Shown: positions 57,246 through 64,000 of the stretch, one piece after another
Layout of the letters: each line of letters opens with the position of its first letter
How positions within the stretch are numbered: the stretch's first letter is position 1
DNA from: Adineta vaga
Lineage: Eukaryota; Animalia; Rotifera
Assembly (NCBI GenBank): GCA_021613535.1
Contig: CP075493.1
Coordinates: 5,580,001 to 5,644,000, forward strand
DNA: 64,000 nucleotides
Direction: 5' to 3'
Notes under the pieces: generated by a model
What the model saw: only the letters and a program-made list of their open reading frames with translations
Told to the model about the DNA's origin: nothing
Databases searched by the model: none
Translations under genes and position numbers: made by a program

Positions 57246-58366
57246 CTAATCAGATGAAAATGGAAGTTCATTGAAAAGATCTTGATCAACTTCAATAGAT
57301 TTTATTTCAATCTCTAATGGTTGATCATCTTGAGGAATGTTTAATAATTGAGCTATTCGTTCATAATCATTTTCATTCGTTTCATTTGGTACAAGTACTT
57401 TTCGAAATGCCATGCAATGTAAATTTGCCATTTTGATATACGATACTAAACCAAAACCAATCGAATTAAGTGCTTGTCGCCATGATATTTGGCGATTTGC
57501 ACGTAATGATGAATCAGGTTCGACAATCAGTAGTAAACCAAGACACGAGAGAAGTTGATGAGCAATGAGGACAAGCTGAAAGACGTTGACAACATGTTGG
57601 TAAATAATCCAGAACAAGTGAAAAAACAATCGTATCAAATGAATGAGTACATATTAGAGGTGGTTGAGGTGTACGAAGAAAATCGATACGATGCACAGAC
57701 TGAAAGCAATGAAAATGAAAGATTTCACAAGATGAATTGATAAGAGAATTTACTTCATCAGCTGGTGCAATATCAATCGCAATAGTTTCAAGATCCATAT
57801 ATTGAGAAAATGCATTATAACAACTCCTATAACAACAAGAATAGAAAAAAAAACACAAGAGGTTATTGATTATCAAATTCTACTGCGAACCCGACATCCA
57901 GTACACGTGGCTTATCGATACCTTGTCTACAATAAATAGAACAAACTGCATAAAATTAGCAGAGATATCTATTTTACTCAATCCTTATTTGACAATGTGA
58001 ACAAATATCGATATGAATTTGTTTTCGTTGATCACGTGCGCGTTTTCTTTGAAGGCCACTGATTTCCTTTCCATGAAAATAATCTTTAATCGTTTGATAA
58101 CACCATGTTAGTCGTGTCTGACCATGTGCTTTGTCTGCCCAATGATGTTCAGCAAGTTGACGCATGGATTGAGCATATTCATCCAATTTATCAATATTCG
58201 CAACATGTGCATTCCAGATTGATTCAGCTTCTTCTGGTGCTAATAATAATGAAAAGATTTAGAGGCGCTCATTAAATGAGGAAATTATACTTCGGTTAAC
58301 ATTATGACGTAATTCCTGATGTACTTTTCGGATTGAATTGGCCAGATTCATATGTTCAGAACACAT
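57246..58366 (-). CDS. BMT2: SAMTOR/BMT2 SAM-binding methyltransferase-fold protein (one apparent +1 frameshift)
   Basis: IRKVHQELR, EYAQSMRQLAEHHW, RVLDVGSCYNAF, IAIDIAPA, IVFSLVLDYLP, LLLIVEPDSS, LHCMAFRK, LNIPQD and FNELPF. Confidence 0.85.
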
Positions 58367-58484
58367 GCTCTGCTCTTTGATTTTAGATCTATGAATTAGA
58401 AGAAAAATCGATCAACATATATAAATATATATGTACTCATTAGTTAGTGAATTTCTCTTATGCAAAATGAAAAAAAAAACAGAA

Positions 58485-61442
58485 TTATGGTAAGGTTACA
58501 TCAAATAATGAAAAATGACGTAAATCAAAATTTAGCTTCGAAAAATCAGTTATATTTGACCATGAATGAAAATTAATCGTTGTTGTTGATTCAAACATAT
58601 TGAATCCATTACGAGAAAAATAACCTGTCACATTACCAGTAATATCAAGCCATACAAATAGAGCAGGTCGATCAGCTGTCAGTGTAATATTGAAGTCAGT
58701 TGGTGAAATTGGTTTGATCGGTCCAAGTTTTAGATTAGGATCAGATAGTTGATAATTCTTTGGTCGATTGAAAAATAAAGTTTGTCCAACGTATTGTTGA
58801 TTATAATTGAAACTACAATGCATGAGACATTGTGAATTATCTCCACAATTGGCTCGTTTTGATACTAGTGCATAAGGAAGATCAGCTATTTGTTGTGTGC
58901 CAGATGAATTCATTGCAATATCATTTCCAAACGACAATCGAGGAAGAAATGAATCTAAACCATAGACTGAACAAACTAAAGTACCACGTACACTTGCACT
59001 CAAACCATTGATAACATAAAGTGAAATTCGCGCTGATTCATCAGTAACATTGGCTAGATAAGGTGTTAACGTAGCAATTGGATAGACTGGTGCATACATA
59101 TGATGAACATAATAATGTCCCATTTTCCATTTCAATCCATATTCAATTGTAGACCATGTTGGTGCTTGCCAGATATCGTTGATTTGCCAATACATCAAAC
59201 CCATTGTATTTCTAAAAACAAATCCCAAAGAAAAGAAGTTAGTTTGTTCGTTGATTGAAATCTGTTACCCTTCACTAGTTTTTGGATTGATCATGTCAAC
59301 TGATGAATGAACCGGCAAAGATCGCTGATACTTTTCAACGTCATTGCTTGATGAATTTGACTTAGATAGATCATTTGAGTAAAACTTTTCAATGAATCAT
59401 TGGTGACTGGTAATGGAAGATTACTTCGAACATGATCCCTTCAAAAGAAAGAGAAACCAAGTTTTATATAAATACGGAAAAGTAGTTCTACACACATCAT
59501 GGCAGTAATTTGATTATTAGAATGTTCTCGATGTAAAACAAATGAACTATTAAAATCTAAATCTGATTGATTGTTTGTGACTTGAGTCCAACTATCCAAG
59601 CTCGGTAGCGATTGAATACCTGTTTCCGAGAGAAAACGAGTAATAGGATAAGTGGCTGGATTCCATGAATCATCTTGGTAACCATAAAAATGAACGTCAC
59701 CTAGAAAATAAAAATTACAATAGAAAGGAAAGTTTTCTATTTTCATGTATTATATATACCACGAAGTGGATCCTGAGGATTAGTAGAAATATAATTCTCT
59801 CGAATAGTATCAAGTCCATTTGATGGCGATGAAGGAACAAACGGTCGGTTAGTACCTTTATCTATTTCAAGTAATGCTTTCATTACAGTATCAATATATA
59901 ATTTTCGATAATCATCTTTTGTTTTATTCATTTTTTCGGGTGGAACTCCATACCAATTTTGAGCAACAGCAGCTTCGTTTTCATTATTTCCTGCCCAAAT
60001 GACAATTGATGGATGTGACTGCAGACGTTTTACTTGATAAATAACTTCTTCATGAACATTTGCTAAGAATGCGTCATCAACAGGATATCTATATCAATCA
60101 TCAAACAACATAACTCAATGATAGATTGTCTAAGAAACTTACAAACTACATGCAAACATAAAATCATGCCAAAGCATGATACCTAACCGATCAGCCATTT
60201 CATAAAATGAATCACGTTCATAGATACCACCACCCCATATACGTAACATATTCATATGTACAAGTTGTGCTGATTGAAGAAGAATCTCTAGTTTTTCATC
60301 ACTAACACGTTCTTGAAATGAGTCTGATGGAATCCAGTTACTACCTTTGACATAGATTGGTACAGAGTTGATTGCGAAATAGAATGATGTACCGTTGATG
60401 CCTCCACCATATTCATGCTGAACCAGCTCAACTGTACGAAAACCAACTAAACGAGAGCCAATTAGTGTGTCTTTATTTGACACAGATAATCGATACAATG
60501 GTTGATCACCATAACCATTTGGCCACCAACGTGAAACTTGATTATCAGGAATTTTTATCTGGAGTGAAACATTGTAAGAAAATGGCACAACAGACTCGTA
60601 TGACCATGTTGTATTTTCCAAGACGAATTTTAATGTACTTGAAAATGGAGCATTGGTACTACTCAACATGACATCAACAAGCCAGTTTTTATTCGTTGTA
60701 TCAAACGAAGCAACATTGACACTCTCGAGTTGAATAATTATATCAGTAATATTGACAGCTTCGAGATAGATATCGCCAGTTATACCAATTGGAGCAAAAG
60801 CTGGACCCTAGAAAAGAAAGCCGATTTCATACATTATTATGTTGATAGATTGACTAAAGTTCTTACCCAATCCCAACTGAATGAACATGGTTCTTTTCGA
60901 ATAAATTGTACGTGACATTCACCATGCTGAGCATCAGGAGGACAGTTTGGTGGTACAGTTAAATTATAAGCTATCGATTGTTCTAATGCATAAACAACTG
61001 GTGAATGGAAATCAACTTGAATTTCATTTTCAGCTTTTAAACATGTACTTGGGACCATGAATACATATGGTATAAACATACTAAATGTACGACCAATCGG
61101 ACAGCCATTGACAGTTATGTTAGCAACTGTATCGATCTGTTGAAGATGAATATATGTATCATTGAGTGCAAGGAAATCAGCAGATAAATTGAACTTTTTC
61201 GAAAATATCCATTTATTATGAACTAAGAAACGATAATCAACATCATTATATCCCATATAGGGATCTGGAATTTGTTTAGCAGCTAAAAGAATAGTATGAA
61301 TAGTGCCAGGTACACGACCTTGTGCTGTATAATTAACATTGTCAGTTATTGTCCAATCATCACCAAGTAACGAAAAACGAGTTGAAAGTGATGGTACAAT
61401 GGAGTAAAGAAGAAAGAGATAGATAATGGATTGAAATATCAT
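58485..61442 (-). CDS. MANBA: Beta-mannosidase (GH2), secreted/lysosomal
   Basis: Signal peptide, IRKEPCSFSWDWGP, WWPNGYGDQPLY, KGSNWIPSD, MLRIWGGGIYE, WAGNNENE (acid/base), RFLSETGIQS (nucleophile) and YWQINDIWQAPTWS. Confidence 0.95.
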
Positions 61443-61987
61443 CTTGTTCTCTTGAAGTTCTCGAATACCTCGTTGATAACTGGTCCAAGATGTATTTTCG
61501 TATATTAAATGAAGGTAGAGGCTCTATTACACACTTCTATATATACCCATACACATTCACATGAAATAGTCTTATCGAAATAAGCAAACAATATCTCTTT
61601 TTCTTTTGTGGCTACATCTTTTCATCTAACGTCTCCTTCTCTCTTACGAGTATATTTGCGACTTCACCAAGAATAAATAGAATGAATGATAAGATGATAC
61701 TGAAATGCATACTTTGAGGTAAAACATCTAAATGGCTATATATAAAACGTTGTCTAAGATCGAACAATCGAGAAACTAGCGGTGTTAGTGTCATTGGGTC
61801 ATCTGAAGTAGGTCGGAATGGAATATAAAACCAATAAAACATTTTTCATATACAAAATTTTTATTAAATCTAACGAAGACAAAAGGACGTTTTATCATTC
61901 GAATATCGAAAGCATACAAATTACATTGATTATCATTCTCTTTCTTAGAACACCAAAAACAATAACATTTGTATGTAAACAAATAAT

Positions 61988-64000
<2,013 letters not shown>

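Noticed and set aside
58485-61442. Horizontal transfer origin for the GH2 enzyme
   Set aside because: The sequence looks like ordinary eukaryotic MANBA with a signal peptide and several introns. HGT cannot be supported without a phylogeny.

Overview
AT-rich, intron-dense eukaryotic DNA, most likely from a bdelloid rotifer. This is an inference from the strongly diverged rRNA, the ~50-60 nt GT-AG introns and the altered R2 target site in 28S. Positions 1-5211 hold one rDNA unit on the minus strand (18S, ITS1, 5.8S, ITS2, 5' ~2.7 kb of 28S). Next come an AT-rich spacer with ~11 degenerate subrepeats and MITE debris. A compact block of about 18 protein genes follows: ABCC4-like (two frameshifts), a divergent ILK, a tandem pair of ZAP-zinc-finger/PARP14-type genes, an RGM/VWD-like secreted protein, a prothymosin-like acidic protein head-to-head with NASP, a coiled-coil/propeller gene, ASPSCR1/TUG, an antistasin-type peptide, a probable mitochondrial helical protein, OSGIN, TBCEL, ISOC, EHD, ZC2HC1, SAMTOR/BMT2 (one frameshift), beta-mannosidase and the 3' part of PRPF40. 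The best candidate for an undescribed system is the tandem pair. One gene fuses a ZAP-like CCCH RNA sensor, an RGG tract, RRM/KH-like segments, a macrodomain, WWE and a mono-ART domain. Its neighbour 118 bp downstream has the same body but no WWE or catalytic domain. A second candidate is operon-like packing, with a recurrent pyrimidine-rich TAG|AT acceptor just before start codons, suggesting spliced-leader trans-splicing. All gene models were spliced by eye and no database searches were run.
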